Shown piece after piece: positions 46,101 through 60,344 of a stretch of DNA of 64,000 nucleotides. Below the pieces are notes generated by a model. The model made no database searches. It had not been told where the DNA came from and saw only the letters and a list, made by a program, of their open reading frames with translations. Source of the stretch: the human T2T-CHM13v2.0 reference genome, Homo sapiens. Every line of letters starts with the position of its first letter. The first letter of the stretch is position 1. A program made the position numbers and the translations under genes. The DNA is taken from NCBI RefSeq assembly GCF_009914755.1, contig NC_060936.1. One strand, given 5' to 3'.

Positions 46101-47040
46101 TCACTTCTGAAAACCTCTCCATGTAGAATTTGTGTGTATTTTCCTCCCAGAGTAAAAGTTAAAGTCGACACAGTGTATTAGCAACTTCCAAGTATTATGG
46201 TTAATAATATTATGGAATGGGAGAGTGACTTTTGCAAATTTAAATCAGGAATGACATTTGGAAGAAGGGAAACTAGATGCTGGCACAAACATGATATATT
46301 ACATCTGACCCAGGAAAGCTGACTTAATATTATTATTCCTTCATGCCAGGAAAGTCACATGAAAAGGAATATTTCCTCCATTTGTCTGAAAATAATTGAA
46401 GCACTGTTACAAAGCTGATTACACTAAGATGTTGGGAGATAGAATGTCAGGACAGAAGGGGCCTGAAGAGGAGGATGGTTGATGGCATGGGTGAGAGGGA
46501 AAAGAAAAAAAAAAAAAAAAGGAAAACAAAGATAAATGACAAGCTGTTTCTCACATCATTACCACCACAATTAAAAAGCATTCTGGACACTCCTCTGAAA
46601 CTATTCATCAGATAAGGCATTTTAGTTCTAGCTCCTAAGATATCAGTAGAAATTATTGTTTATCATGACAACCAGGAAAGGACTTCAGTCAGGCAGAACA
46701 TTTGTTTTTCAACAAATATGAAGCACACTTGGATGCAAGATTGATGTGCACATTGGCATTCTGACAATTTTGGAGAATTTTTTTCATTCCTCTCTCCTCT
46801 CTCTCATCTTTTCTCTTCTGGGTCTACAATATGTCAGACTAGGTCAAAGGAAGCAATTCCCAAGGAAACAACTATCGGCATCTGTATGTTCCACGTTCTA
46901 CCCACACAGGTGTGTGCTGGATGAACAACAATGCCTTTTCTCCAGCCCAAAGTAAATATTTCCTGCTGCAGTAGGTCAGAGTACTTTACTCGATTTTGTT
47001 CATGCCTGTGCATGAGGACACATTCAAAAATAAAATTTAT

Positions 47041-47338
47041 GGCCGGGCACGGTGGCTCACGCCTGTAATCCCAACACTTTGGGAGGCCGAGACAGGCGGA
47101 TTATGAGGTCAGGAGATCGAGACCATCCTGGCAAACACGGTGAAGCCCTGTCTCTACTAAAAATACAAAAAATTAGCCAGGCATGGTGGCAGGCACCTGT
47201 AGTCTCAGCTACTCAGGAGGCTGAGGCAGGAGAATGGCATAAACCCAGGAGGCCGAGCTTGCAGTGAGCCAAGATCATGCCACTGCACTCCAGCCTGGGC
47301 AACAGAGTGAGACTCTGTCTCAATAAATAAATAAATAA
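47041..47338 (+). mobile_element. AluY with (AATA)n tail
   Basis: gagaatggcataaacc, gagcttgcag. TSD aaataaaatttat. Confidence 0.95.
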
Positions 47339-48936
47339 AATTTATGCAATCAGAGACACATGTAATGGTGAAAGAATGATAGCAAAGTATTTGGTGTCTT
47401 ACCATATCATTTAGTTTATTGTTTTGGTTTGTTTTGAGCTTTAAAAAAAACGAATTCAGTCTGTTGAAGTAAAGGACTTCTAAGCATTTACACAGCAGCA
47501 GCTTATGAATATCAATAATTTCTAAATTAGCTTAGCTTTAATTAATAGTTATATGCCTTTATTGGACTGGGCATACAGCTTTTGTTTCTGGAATGAAAAG
47601 AGTAATTACAAATAACTCTTTAAAAGAATGTCAGTATCCTCTGAATCTTCTTGATCCTAAAATATGTTTTATCAGATATTAAGGATATTATGAAAAAAAT
47701 AAGTAATTCTTTTAATTAAATAAAAATAGAATTTGCATTAACTTATTCAATCTATTAGAATATTACATTTTCATTTGTTTGTGTGTTGAACCAACTTAAA
47801 CATTTTTGAAGAAAACTTCGGTCCTTTCTGCAGCGAAGAGATAGCATTGTTGTCTAGTAAGGCAAATGCTCATAAAAAGATAATTTTTAGGTTACAGGAA
47901 TTTTATAAATACTCAGAATTATCTCAATTTCCTTCTTACACTTTCATCCTGCTGGCTGACTCCAAAGTATATGCTGAATCTATTCACTTTGGTTCATTCC
48001 ACAGCTACCATGTTACATCAAACTACCTTCATCTCTCATCTGAATTAGTGAAATGAACTCTTAAATGGTTTCCCGCACTTTCCCTCTTGCCTCTGTAATT
48101 CATTCTTCACACCACAAGTCCGAATCATTTTTTCAAATTGTACATCATATCTTTGCAAAAATGTAAATCACTCCTCTACTTAAACTTCTACAATATTTTC
48201 CCACTGAACTTAGAACAAAATCTTAACTCCACAGCATACCCAGAATGCTTTCCTCCTTTTCCAGGTAGCCTCAGCTTGCACCTGCATCAGTCAGTATTTA
48301 CCAGCCATTCTAGACCCTTTTAGGATCCTCAAACACACCTCACAGGTATAGTACCTTTACTATATTGCCTTGTTTTATCATTGTCACAGCATTTATCAAA
48401 GTCTAATATTATGTCTTTTTCTTGTTGATTACTTATACACAGGCCACGTTCTAGACTGTAACCGCATGAGATAGAGACTTGTCTTGTCTTGTTCAATTCT
48501 ATATCCTTGATACCTAAATCAGTGTTTGGCATGAAGGAGGTACTCAGTAAATGTTGAATGAAAAAGAAAGGACTAAGAAATAAAATATCTGTATTCCATA
48601 CTAAACATGGAAGATGGTCCAACTGATGTACAATTTATGTATTTTTCCAAGTGTAGTTAATTTCATTCCTGGATCAAACTAGATGTTGAAGATCTGCATA
48701 CTTAGACTGTGTTGTTCTGATACTACCCATACCACATCCTTCACCCCCTCCTGCCTGCCCTCTAAACCTTCACATAACATTTATTATATAATCTATAATC
48801 TAGTATTATATTCTGAATTTTATTTGTAATAATTGGCACATGGAATTTACTTTTGAATAAATTTTAGGAATATTGAAGACATTAAGAATTAACCTTTTAT
48901 TGACTTTTTATAAGGTATATGGAAGATATTTCTTTA

Positions 48937-49283
<347 letters not shown>

Positions 49284-50329
49284 TGAGTAAATGTTTCTGT
49301 TTTTTTCCTCACGTTTCCTTCTTTGCCTAGCTTTCATGAAGTTCAGAAATTTGTGGCCCATATTTTATAATTATACAGGACTTCAGTACATGCATTTCTG
49401 TCTATTACAACTTCAGATGATTATTTAAACAATATTTAAAAATTTTCTTTATCTTTCAAACTCTACTATGTTATTTTAAATAAAACAATACAAAACTTTA
49501 TGAAATAAGATACAATATAAATCGTATACATGCTTAGGAAAGCAAGAAAATAAATAGGTTATAAAGAATATTTTCTGCATCCTCACATCATTTCTTTATT
49601 CATTAACACAATGATAATTATGAATGATAATATTGGGGGTCAATTTAGCTCAAGTGGGGCTGGGGCCTGGAAAGTTAAATTACACTTGGAACAGGCCAGA
49701 TTAGGAGATCTTCCTGGTAGTATGAAAATAAAATCTCAAGCCTTTTCTGTCACTGTCATTCTTTCTCTCTGTTTTAATGATGGTAAATCAGGATAAAAAC
49801 AAAACCCAAATAACTTAATTATGGTTGTACAAGCTACACAATGTAATTAAATCCAGTGGGATCTACTTCTTCATCCAAGATAGAAGTGACGGTGGCTAGG
49901 GGAACATCATCTAGTGCCTGAGGTTAGTGACTGACACCATCTACTGCCTGAGGATAGTGGCAGGGGAAACCTTGTCTAGTGCCATGAAGCAAACTGAGGT
50001 AGCAATGTTTCACTGAGCTCTCTGCTGGGTATGCGCTAAACAGTTGCAAGGCTATCTGCTAGATTTGCTCGACAGGGATAAAATGTACACTCAACAATTC
50101 TCAGTCTTCTTCTTTTGCCAATGACACTGAAAACAGGATTTACACTTCTAATTTCAGTCTGAATTTCACAACCAAGAATTTTTTTTTCTTAATTGGAGTT
50201 TAAAATAAAATCTACTCTTAAAAGGCCCATAGTCTTCTCATTCTTGAGAGATGTCTGTGTATGTAAACAGCAAACTCAGCCACGGTGGAATTCATGATAG
50301 TAGATACAAAATGATATGAAAGAACATCT

Positions 50330-50541
50330 GTGGGTTTCCCAACCTCAGCACAATTGATATTTGGGACAAGAGAATCCCTTGGTATGGGAGCTGTCCTGTG
50401 CACTGTAGGATGTTAGCAGCATCCCTGGCCTCTATCCACCAGGCCAGTAGCAACCCAATGCTTCAGTGTAAAACCAAAAATGTCTCCAGACATTGCCAAA
50501 TGTCCCCGGGGACAAAAATCACACCCGTTTGAGAACCACTG
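50330..50541. mobile_element. MER20
   Basis: caacctcagcacaattgatatttggg...aatgtctccagacattgccaaatgtccc...tgagaaccactg. Confidence 0.9.
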
Positions 50542-51294
50542 GTCTATAGCCTAATTTCTTAGATCAGCTGTAGCCAGTGTATCCATAAACTACTTACGAG
50601 GAGTCTACTAAGTAGGCCAAACTAAATAAGTATAATTTACTCTTTATTAACCAATTATGTAACATATTTCTGAATCACTTTATTACCACAATGTGCTTTG
50701 ACCACCATTCAAATATCTAGAAGAAACATCATGCTGGAAGCAATCATTCAAATGTCTGGAAGATGCACTTTCTTTTCCATGTCTTTAGAATTGCACTAAT
50801 CAAACCTATTCATATCTCCAACTAGACGCTTCTAGTATCTAGTTTAAGTATAAGGATAAATAGTTGATTTTCACTTTCTTATACAGATTTTGGAAAAGAT
50901 CATTTGATATTTCTTCTCTGAACATTGAAACTTTAAGGCACTGTTTCTATTTAAGCCTTATAAATAATGCACATTTTCCATAACTTATTTTGTTATAGAA
51001 TAAACTTTTAAGTTATTTCTTGAAGTGTTACCCATTTAACTTTAAAAACCTATCTTTACAATCCCATCCTTACTTTTGTCTCAGCAATATACTAGTTTAT
51101 ACTATTATAAACAACCTTTGTAATAAATTGTTTTGTAACTTTTTATTTATGACTTTTAAGGTTTCCATCAATTTTTTTTTTAAAGCTGTGCTTATTTCTG
51201 CGTGGTCTTCAGAGTCAGAACATGTAAATGTATTTGTCTAAGTTCTTTCCTTGGAAGATTATCAGATGTATGACATAGCAATGGAAGCCAACTA

Positions 51295-51471
<177 letters not shown>

Positions 51472-51938
51472 TCAAAACACATTTAGAAAAAGCTAATGTT
51501 TTACAATCAATGGCCCAGTTTTGATCTCCAGCAGTAAGGTATTCTAAACAGCTCCTTTCTCTGATAAGTCTTTTTGGAAAAGGAAAAATATATATATATA
51601 TAATGATTTATTATTTTTAAAACTATGAAAATAGCTGATAGCAGTAAAGAGAGTAATGAAATAATTGCCTAGATTATCGAGATTAGTTTTAACTTTAATA
51701 TTCAATTCATTCAGAATAAAAAGGGCAGTTTTGATGAAAATAAATAATTGTGATAACTCTCTTCTCCAATTTCTATTTGAAGAAGAGAGTGTCTTTGCAT
51801 TTATAATAGAAAAATCTGTTCCTATTATAAATTTGTTTTGCATTTATAATAGAAAAATCTTCACCTAATGACCTGGCATAAGGCCAGGTCAAAAATATTT
51901 CTATTCAATTATAGAGACATTTTAAGGAAAAATTACTG

Positions 51939-53945
51939 GGTTTATTCCTAAATATTTTATTCTTTTTGATGCTATTGTGGATAGTATTGTTTTCTTAATT
52001 TGAGATAGTTTGTTGTTAGCATATAAGTACTTGGAAATAAAACTAACCAAGGAAGTGAAAAACATATACACTGAAAACTATGACATTGGTGAAATTAACA
52101 CAAACAAAAAAAATGAAAAGACTTCTGGGCTTAGGGTCTGGAAGAATTAATATTGTTAAAATGTCCATACTACCCAAAGCAATCTACAGATTCAATGTAA
52201 TCCTTATCAAAATCCCTACAGCATTTTTTACAGAAATAGAAAAATCAATTCCAAAATTCATATGGAAAGAGTAGACCCCAAATACCCAAAGCTATCTTAA
52301 GAAAGCAGAGCAAAGCTGGAGGTATCACACTTTTTGCTTGCAAAATATATTACAAACCTACGGTAATCAAAACAGTACGGTACTTGCATAAAGACAGATG
52401 CATATATCAATGGAACAGAAGGGAGAGACCATAAATAAACCCATACATATACAGTCAACTGATCTTCAGCAAGGGGTTTCAACAAACTGGATATCTACAC
52501 ACAAAAGAATAAAATTGGAGCCTATACTACACCATACACAAAAATCAACTCAAAATGGATTAAAAACTTAAATGTCAGACCTGAAACTATAAAAATCCTT
52601 AAAGAAAGAACTTCTTGGCATTGAACTTGGCAGTGATTTCTTGGATTTCACACCAAAGCACAGGCAATAAAACCAAAAATAGATAAGTAGAACCACATCA
52701 AACTAAAGAGCTTCTGCACAGCAAAGGAAACAACAGAATGAAAAGGAGACCTACGGGATGAGAGAAAATATTTGCAAACTATCTACCTGATAAGAGGTTA
52801 ATATCCAAAATATAAAATACAAAAAAAAACTAAAACAGAAATGAAACAAATAATCCAATTTAAAAATGGGCAAAGAACCCGAATAGAGATATTTCTTCAA
52901 ATAAGAAGTACAAATGGCCACCAGGTATATATAAAATGGCATTCAACAACACTAAACATCAGGGAAATGCAAATCAAAACCATAATGACTTATCACCTCA
53001 CACCTGTTAGGATGGCTGTAATAAAAAAACATGAAAGATAAAAAGTGTTAGTGAGGATGTGGAGAAACTGGTACCCTTACACACTGTTGCTGGTAATGTA
53101 GAATTGTGCAGCCAACAATGGAAAACAGTATAGAGGTTCCTCGAAAAACTAAAAATAGAATTGCCATATGATCCAGCAATCCCACTTCTGGGTATTTATG
53201 CAAGCGAATCAGAATTAGGGTCTCAAAGAGATATCTGCTCCCCCATCTTCATTGTAGCATCATTCACAATAGCCAAGATACTGAAACAACCCAAATGTCC
53301 ATTGACAGATGAATGAATAAAGAAAATGTGGTATATATATGCAATGGGATATTATTCAGTGTTATAAAAAGAAGGAAATCCTGCCATTCACAACAACATG
53401 GATGAACCTAGAGGACATCACAGAAGGACACCACAGTCACAGAAGGAGAAATACTGTATGATTCTATTTCTAGGAGGTATCTAAAATTTTGACTCTTTTA
53501 GGTATTTTAACTAATTTAGTCAAAATTTTAGACACTTCTTCTCACAGAAACAGAAAATAGAATTGTGGGTTCCAGGAGATGGGGGAAAGGGAAAATGGGA
53601 AATTGTTGTTCAATAGTTATTACTGAATTTCAGTTATGTGAGATGAATAAGTTCTAGAAATCTGCTGGTCAATATAGTACATACGATTAACAATATAGTA
53701 CTGTGTACTTTAAAATGTGTCAAGAGGATAAGTCTCATGTTAAGTGTTCTTCCCACAAAAAATAAAATAAAAGCAGAAGAACACAAGGAAATTTTTGGTA
53801 GCGATTGCATATTGAATACCTTTATTGTGGTGATGGTTTTCACAGGTATACACATATGCTCAAACTCATCAAAATGTAAGCATTAAATATGTGCAATTTT
53901 TATGGATCAATTACACTTCAATAAAACTTTTTAAAAATATTAAAT
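51939..53945 (+). mobile_element. L1MA 3' 1.9 kb with a short inverted 5' piece (51939-52024)
   Basis: ORF2-like ORFs 52080..52274 and 52841..53041. L1MA-type 3'UTR. Confidence 0.9.
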
Positions 53946-54275
53946 ACATATAATTATTGGATATTTAAATTTTAAGTATCTTGAAAACTTCATCAGTATT
54001 TCTCGCAAACAGAAAATAAGTTTCTCATATACTCTTTCTTTAAAGTGTTTCTCAAACAAAAAGTGAAATCAACCACCCCACTGTTTAAATTGCCCAAATC
54101 AGCAAATGAACAGTAAATAATTGTCCAAAGGTATAGACGCCACTGTGAAAGGCAGGTCTTATCATTTCCAGCCATTCCCACAGTGACACAGTGGCTCGCA
54201 AGCACAATAGTGCAAATAGGTAATCATAAATAATATTTATGTCTTTAAAAAGTATCTTTTTGTTAGGCTCAATTA

Positions 54276-54410
<135 letters not shown>

Positions 54411-54486
54411 CTACAAAATAAAAATACAGAAATTAAATTATATGTGTGGTATCAATGAATAATTCTAATTAAAATAATAATTTGTA

Positions 54487-54762
54487 GGCCAGGCGCAGTG
54501 GCTCATGCCTGTAATCACAGCACTTTGGGAGACCAAGGCAGGTGGATCACAAGGTCAGGAGATCGAGATCATCCTGGCTAACACGGTGAAACCCCATCTC
54601 TACTAAAAATACAAAAAATTAGCCGGGCGTGGTGGCAGGCGCCTGTAGTCCCAGCTACTCGGGAGGCTGAGGCTGCAGTGAGCCGAGATCGCGCCACTGC
54701 ACTCCAGCCTGGGTGACAGAGCGAGACTCCATCTTGGAAAAATAAAATAAAATAAAATAAAA
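54487..54762 (+). mobile_element. AluY with about 32-nt right-arm deletion, 76 nt from the exon 15 acceptor
   Basis: gagatcgag..atcctggctaacacggtg. gaggctgagg joined directly to ctgcagtg. TSD aaaataa(t/a)aa(t/c)ttgta. Confidence 0.95.
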
Positions 54763-56843
54763 ACTTGTAAGTACTAAAAGACTCAACCCAAGGTAGAACA
54801 CACAACGGTGAAATTCTGATTTAGAGTTACGGCTATTTAGTGGTATAAATGAAAAATTAGAAAGAATGAAAGTGAAAGGAGGGTCTTTAAATTTGCGATA
54901 TTATGAAGAATGCTAAAATCTCTGAAAATTTGGGATTACCAGATAGTTTACATATGGACATTCTTAAAAGACAATTATCCCAAACATTTCCCAATGAAAT
55001 CTCTACATTAATTATTTTCTCACTGCCAGACAATTCCCCAAATCCTAGTGATTAAAATAAAGCAGAGAAATAACCACAAATTATTCCAGCAAAATGACTT
55101 CATTAACTGAGGAGGAAAATTTTGTAATCAATGAGTTTCCTGAACTGTGTAGGCCAACTATTCACTGAAGTTAAAAAAAAAGAGTAAAGAATAATAAAAG
55201 AAGTGAGGCAACATTGCTTGTGGTATAAACGTCAATAATCAGGAAAAATCACAATACCTTCTATTCATCCCACACAATCTATTTGTTTTAACAAGCTTCA
55301 AGTGGACTTAATAGTTTTACCAGTTATACAAATAGGAAATAAAACAGTAACAGAACCCAGGAATTAGAAGGATGAAGTAGACACAGATGAGGGGAGGAAA
55401 GGCTCCTAAAAATCAGGAGAAATTGAAGATACACTTTGCTCATAAACTAATGTTTTATTTCAAAACCATAAATGAAATTTCTAAGCACACTGTTGTTTAG
55501 GAATTTTGCAGAATGGATTTGTGATATCTGAATTATAACTACATATAACCCCCAAAACCCTTCATAAAATGAATAACTTAAAGAGTGAAAAACTGCTTGA
55601 AAAGGCTAGCTTATGTTTGTCCATGCAGGTTTTCTGTAGCTTGTGATATATATGGCACAACATTTAGTAATATCCATCACACAGTTATGTGTGAAATTAG
55701 TCATGGAAGGAGGGTCGCATGGAAGGGCTGGATTCGAATTACTGATTGCTTTGTAAATATGGCTGATCATCCTCACTCTGTTTGAGGGACTGTGTTAGGC
55801 TGGCATAGATTACAAAGAAGGCATAATGCATCCTCCCTGCTCTCTTGAAGCTTGCAATCAGTTGAGTAAGTAAACCATGGAAAGAAGTGAGTACAAGACA
55901 CGACATTATGGGCTAAGTACCAAAGAGAGGGGACACACAGACACTAAGTACAACAGCAGCTCATAAAGAAAATCATTTACATCTGGGATGAGTCAAAAAA
56001 CTTTTTGGAAAAAGAGGCCTTTTAACTAGTTTTGTAAAATATACTGAATGTCAATGAAAGCATTTGTAGGTAAAGAACTATAGTGAGAATAGGCTGAAGA
56101 TCAAAAAAACCGTAAAATATGTCAGAGGAAATGATGAATAGAGCTAGCTGGGGCAGAGGTGGCTGGGGCTGTCATTATGGTTAAATGACAAATGGCATGC
56201 AAAGAAATTATACAGCCTCAGAGGCTGAAGATTCCATTTTCTCTCCTAGGGTAGGTGAGGAGGCTAAAAGAGGCACAAAAATAGATGCTTGTGGACAAGG
56301 GCCAGCATGAAACTAAGAGAGACCCTACATGACACCGTTGATGTTCTCAGCAAATTGGGAGCTAAGGTGATCTGGAGAAAGAGGAGACAAAAGGAGAGAG
56401 AAGGAGGTGGGAATAGAGTGGTGACAGCTGCATAGCTACTGTAGGTTTGGAAAATAATGCTGCTAAGAGACATGTAAAAGGATGGCAGATAGCTATTGGG
56501 GGAGGGGAGTCAGCTGAGGTTGGAGATAATAACTCTGTGGCCATGCTGGCCTATATCATTGTGTCACCTTCTCCATAGCACTCAGCAGCCTGGTTATAGA
56601 TGTGTAGAAGGCATAAGGTTGGATTGCTGCAGAAAGGTACTAAAGGACTGGGAGAAAAAGAAGGAGTTCAAGATATTGAAGGTTTCAATGGTGTTAAAAA
56701 AAAACAATGACCGTGAAATTAAAGGCTTGAGAAAACTTGGGTACCAGGATTTTGTTGTCAGTGACTGACTAGTCTAATAGAGTAAGATAGAGGGGATGCA
56801 GTTCCAGGTGGTGACCAAGTGTGAATCCAAATTATATGAGTGT

Positions 56844-57054
56844 GAAATTAAATTATATGTGTGGTATCAATGAATAATTTCTAATTAAAATAAAAATTTG
56901 TAAGTGCTAAAAGACTCAACCCAAGGTAGAACACACAATGGTGAAATTCTGATTTAGAGTTATGGCTATTCAGTGGTATAAATGAAAAATTAAAAAGAGT
57001 GAAAGTGAAAGGAGGGTCTTTCAATTCGTGATATTATGAAGAATGCTAAAAATC
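56844..57054 (+). repeat. Second copy of a ~210-bp local direct duplication (first copy 54429-54920, Alu-interrupted)
   Basis: Manual alignment gives about 12 differences in about 211 bp. Confidence 0.95.
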
Positions 57055-58039
57055 CTTTAGTACCTTTCTGCAGCAATCCAACCTCATGCCTTCTACACAT
57101 GTATAACCAGGCTGCTGAATGCTGTGGAGAAGGTGACACAGTGATACAGGTGAGGTTGTGTAAATGGAGTGACAGTAGATTAGGGGATTTTCAGGCTGGG
57201 ATACTGGATAGACTGTGCCCTTGGAAGTTTAAATCCTAACTATGTGTGGCACATACAAAGACAGAACGGTGGACTAGGAAACATACTCACATCTACAGTG
57301 AAGGTGGAAGAGTGATTATGAGGTCCTCTGATAATAGATGTGAAAACAGGTAGAAAATACCATAGCTTTATGAGTGTGACAGGGAAAGGTTATGGTCTGA
57401 AAGTAGCAGGAAAGAACTAAAAGAATGCAATGTCACCTTCTGATTTGGTGCTACATTGAAGTAAAAGAAGGAACAACATCCATACAAGAAAGATAGAAGA
57501 GGAGGAAGGCTAAAGTTAATTTCTCCTGCTGCCATTTACACTTCCATTCCCTCCTGCCTTTTACAAAATGCACTAAATTCCCCACCAGCAGGGTTAAAAT
57601 CCTGACTTCCCCAACTAGATGTCTGAACTTGGAAAGTCAGCTAATATATAAATCAGTCTTTGCAAAGGATCATGTAAGGATAGGTACAATGATGATCATC
57701 ATAACGGGGTTTATGATAGAGGAAAGATGGAGGCAAGCTCAGTGTACATCACTAGGGGATAAGTAAAATGCAGCGACACATTCTACAAGATACAATGGTG
57801 CACTTAGCAGAAGCAAACGATCAAGAAAACATTCAAGTAAATTGAGAGCACATAGACACTTAGGACAACACTACATATTTTACAAAGATATGGGCATGCC
57901 TAAGCACATCAAGCACATTAGAGCTGGTTCTATAATGATGGGGGTAGGAGGTATGTATATTGGGGATGAGGTGACTTTGATAGGAAGGAGTATCAGGCAT
58001 ACAGGGAAAGAATGAATTAAAATTTAAAAGCAGGAGCCA

Positions 58040-58315
58040 GATAGACACAAAATGTCACCTAGTATATGATTCCATTTATATGAAATATCCAGAACAGGCA
58101 AATCCATTGGTTGCTGCCTGGGGCAAGGCGAGTGGGAAATGGGGAGCAATTGCTTAATGGATTTGAGATTTCCTCTTGGGGTGATGAAATAGTTTTGGAA
58201 CTAGGTAAAGGTGGTGGTTGCACAACATTGTGAATGTACTAAATGCCACTGGATTGTTGACTTTGAAATGGTTGTCTGCTAAGTGAATTTCACCTCAATG
58301 AAAAGAATTTTTTTT
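58040..58315 (+). mobile_element. L1MB 3' end
   Basis: tatgattccatttatatgaaatatccaga...ggttgcacaacattgtgaatgtactaaatgccact. Confidence 0.85.
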
Positions 58316-58559
58316 TTTTAAATTTAAAGGCAGGGCACACACAGACCATTGTCCATTTTCTCCTGCTGAAAATAAGTAACAATGCTGAACAAAATTTGGT
58401 TTGTAAAAAATCTCACTAAAAGAAGCAGTTAGGAAATTCCAAGTCCAAAATATAAGGAAAAAATACAAATTCAAAGGTGTGAGCCCCAGAACACCTAAGC
58501 CTCTTTCCCCCAAGGGTCCAAGTATAGCTAAGAAGGAAAAAAAATCCAGTTATAAAGAC

Positions 58560-59970
58560 TTGTTCTAAAAGGTGTCAATGTTCGTTAGAAAGCTATAGTA
58601 ATCATTACAGCGGAGTACTGAACACACATAAATCTGAGAAAAATAAATGAAGGCTATCAGTTGATTCACACACATATAGATCCTTGATGTGTAACTGATA
58701 TCACACTGAAGATCAGTGGGGACAGTGATCAATAATACATGGGGCTAGGCAACTAGATATCACACTTGAAAACATTAAATCAGACCTTACTGATTTACTA
58801 CTAAATTTGGGAAAATGACTACTACTAAATGTACTACTGCTACATTTATGATTTACTAATAAATTATTCATCCCTGATTTACCTACTAAATCACATCCCT
58901 ACTTCATACTAAACACAAAAATTGATCTTATGTGTATTAAAGGACTAAAGTTAAAAAGTGTAGCTTCAAAGCTTTTAGGAGCTAATATGGAACGTCTTCA
59001 TGGCCTCTGGGTAGGAAAAGTTTTCTTAAATAAGATGAAAAACCAAAGCATTAACCATAAAGGAAAAGTTGTATCCTAGACTATATTAAAATTAAGAACT
59101 TCTGTTCAATGAAAGATATCATAGAGTGGAAAGCCAAGTTACACAGAGTGGGAGAAGAATTTTGCAACATATGTGACTGTCAAAGTAGTACCAAAAATTT
59201 TTAAAGAGGAGAAGGACAAACAACCTGGTAATTCACAAAAGAGAAATCCAAACTCAAACCCCAGTGGCCATTTTCATAAATATATCTTATATCGAAAGTT
59301 GCTTGACCTTATTTGTAATCAGAAAAATGCAAATAAAAACCACAGCAAGATACAGTTACACCTCTCCCAGCACACAACACGTGGCAAAAAAATGAGAAGC
59401 ATTTTTTTGGTGAAGATGTAGAGCAACAGGAACTCTCAGTCACTTCTGGTGAAATTGTAAATTGGCACCATCACTTTGGAAAGCAGTTTGCCATTATCTA
59501 GGAAGGTTGAGGATGCACATACCGTATAACTCAGCAACTGTTCACAATAGCCCCAAACTGAAAAATACCCAACAGACCATCAAAAGTAGAACAGATAATT
59601 AAATTCTGGTATATTTATAGAATGGAACAATTTGTACAATAGAACAGCAATGAGAGTGAATGGATTACATTTATAAAATATAGGTGAATTACACATACAT
59701 AGTGTTGAGCAAAAGAAGCAACACACACACACACATATACACATATTTAAACTTTTAAGAAACTAAAAATATGTTCTTAGGGAAGCAAGCATAGCAAGAA
59801 TAATCAAGGAAATGATGACTATAATTGCCACAGGGTGGCAATTATATCTCAGGGAAAAATATAAGAAGACAGCAGATATATGTGTTGGAGCATTTTCTGA
59901 GGGAGCTGCTGATATAAATATGTACTTCTCTGCAGTATGTTGTATTTCACAATAAAAATATTTCAAAAAT
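58560..59970 (+). mobile_element. Old L1M(D/E) 3' region, fragmented
   Basis: Degraded ORF2/3'UTR motifs (aaaattaagaacttctgttca, gatgtagagcaacaggaactctc). Confidence 0.7.
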
Positions 59971-60344
59971 ATATTATTACCAATTTGTGAGCTTTCACCG
60001 TAAATAAAAAATTAATTTGGGCTTGAAAGTGAGCCTGAAACTGCGGAGGCCATTCAGAAGCACAGCAAAGTCAAAGCCATTGATAAGCAGCTATTTTTCT
60101 TAATGCATGAATGGTCAATTTTGGAAAAAAAATTCATAATAGTCTCTCTTTTCTTTCAAAAAGAAAATTAATGAAACACATGGAAAAGACATATTTTTAG
60201 ATTCCTACTATAGTGAACAGAAAATGTCAATTAAAAACTGGCCCTGTTTTTTATTCACCAATACATTAGTTGTTATCTGGGCATAGTGGGGAAACAACAG
60301 CATAGAGGACCATTTCCAATCTCTCATTCCTTATCTTTTCATAG

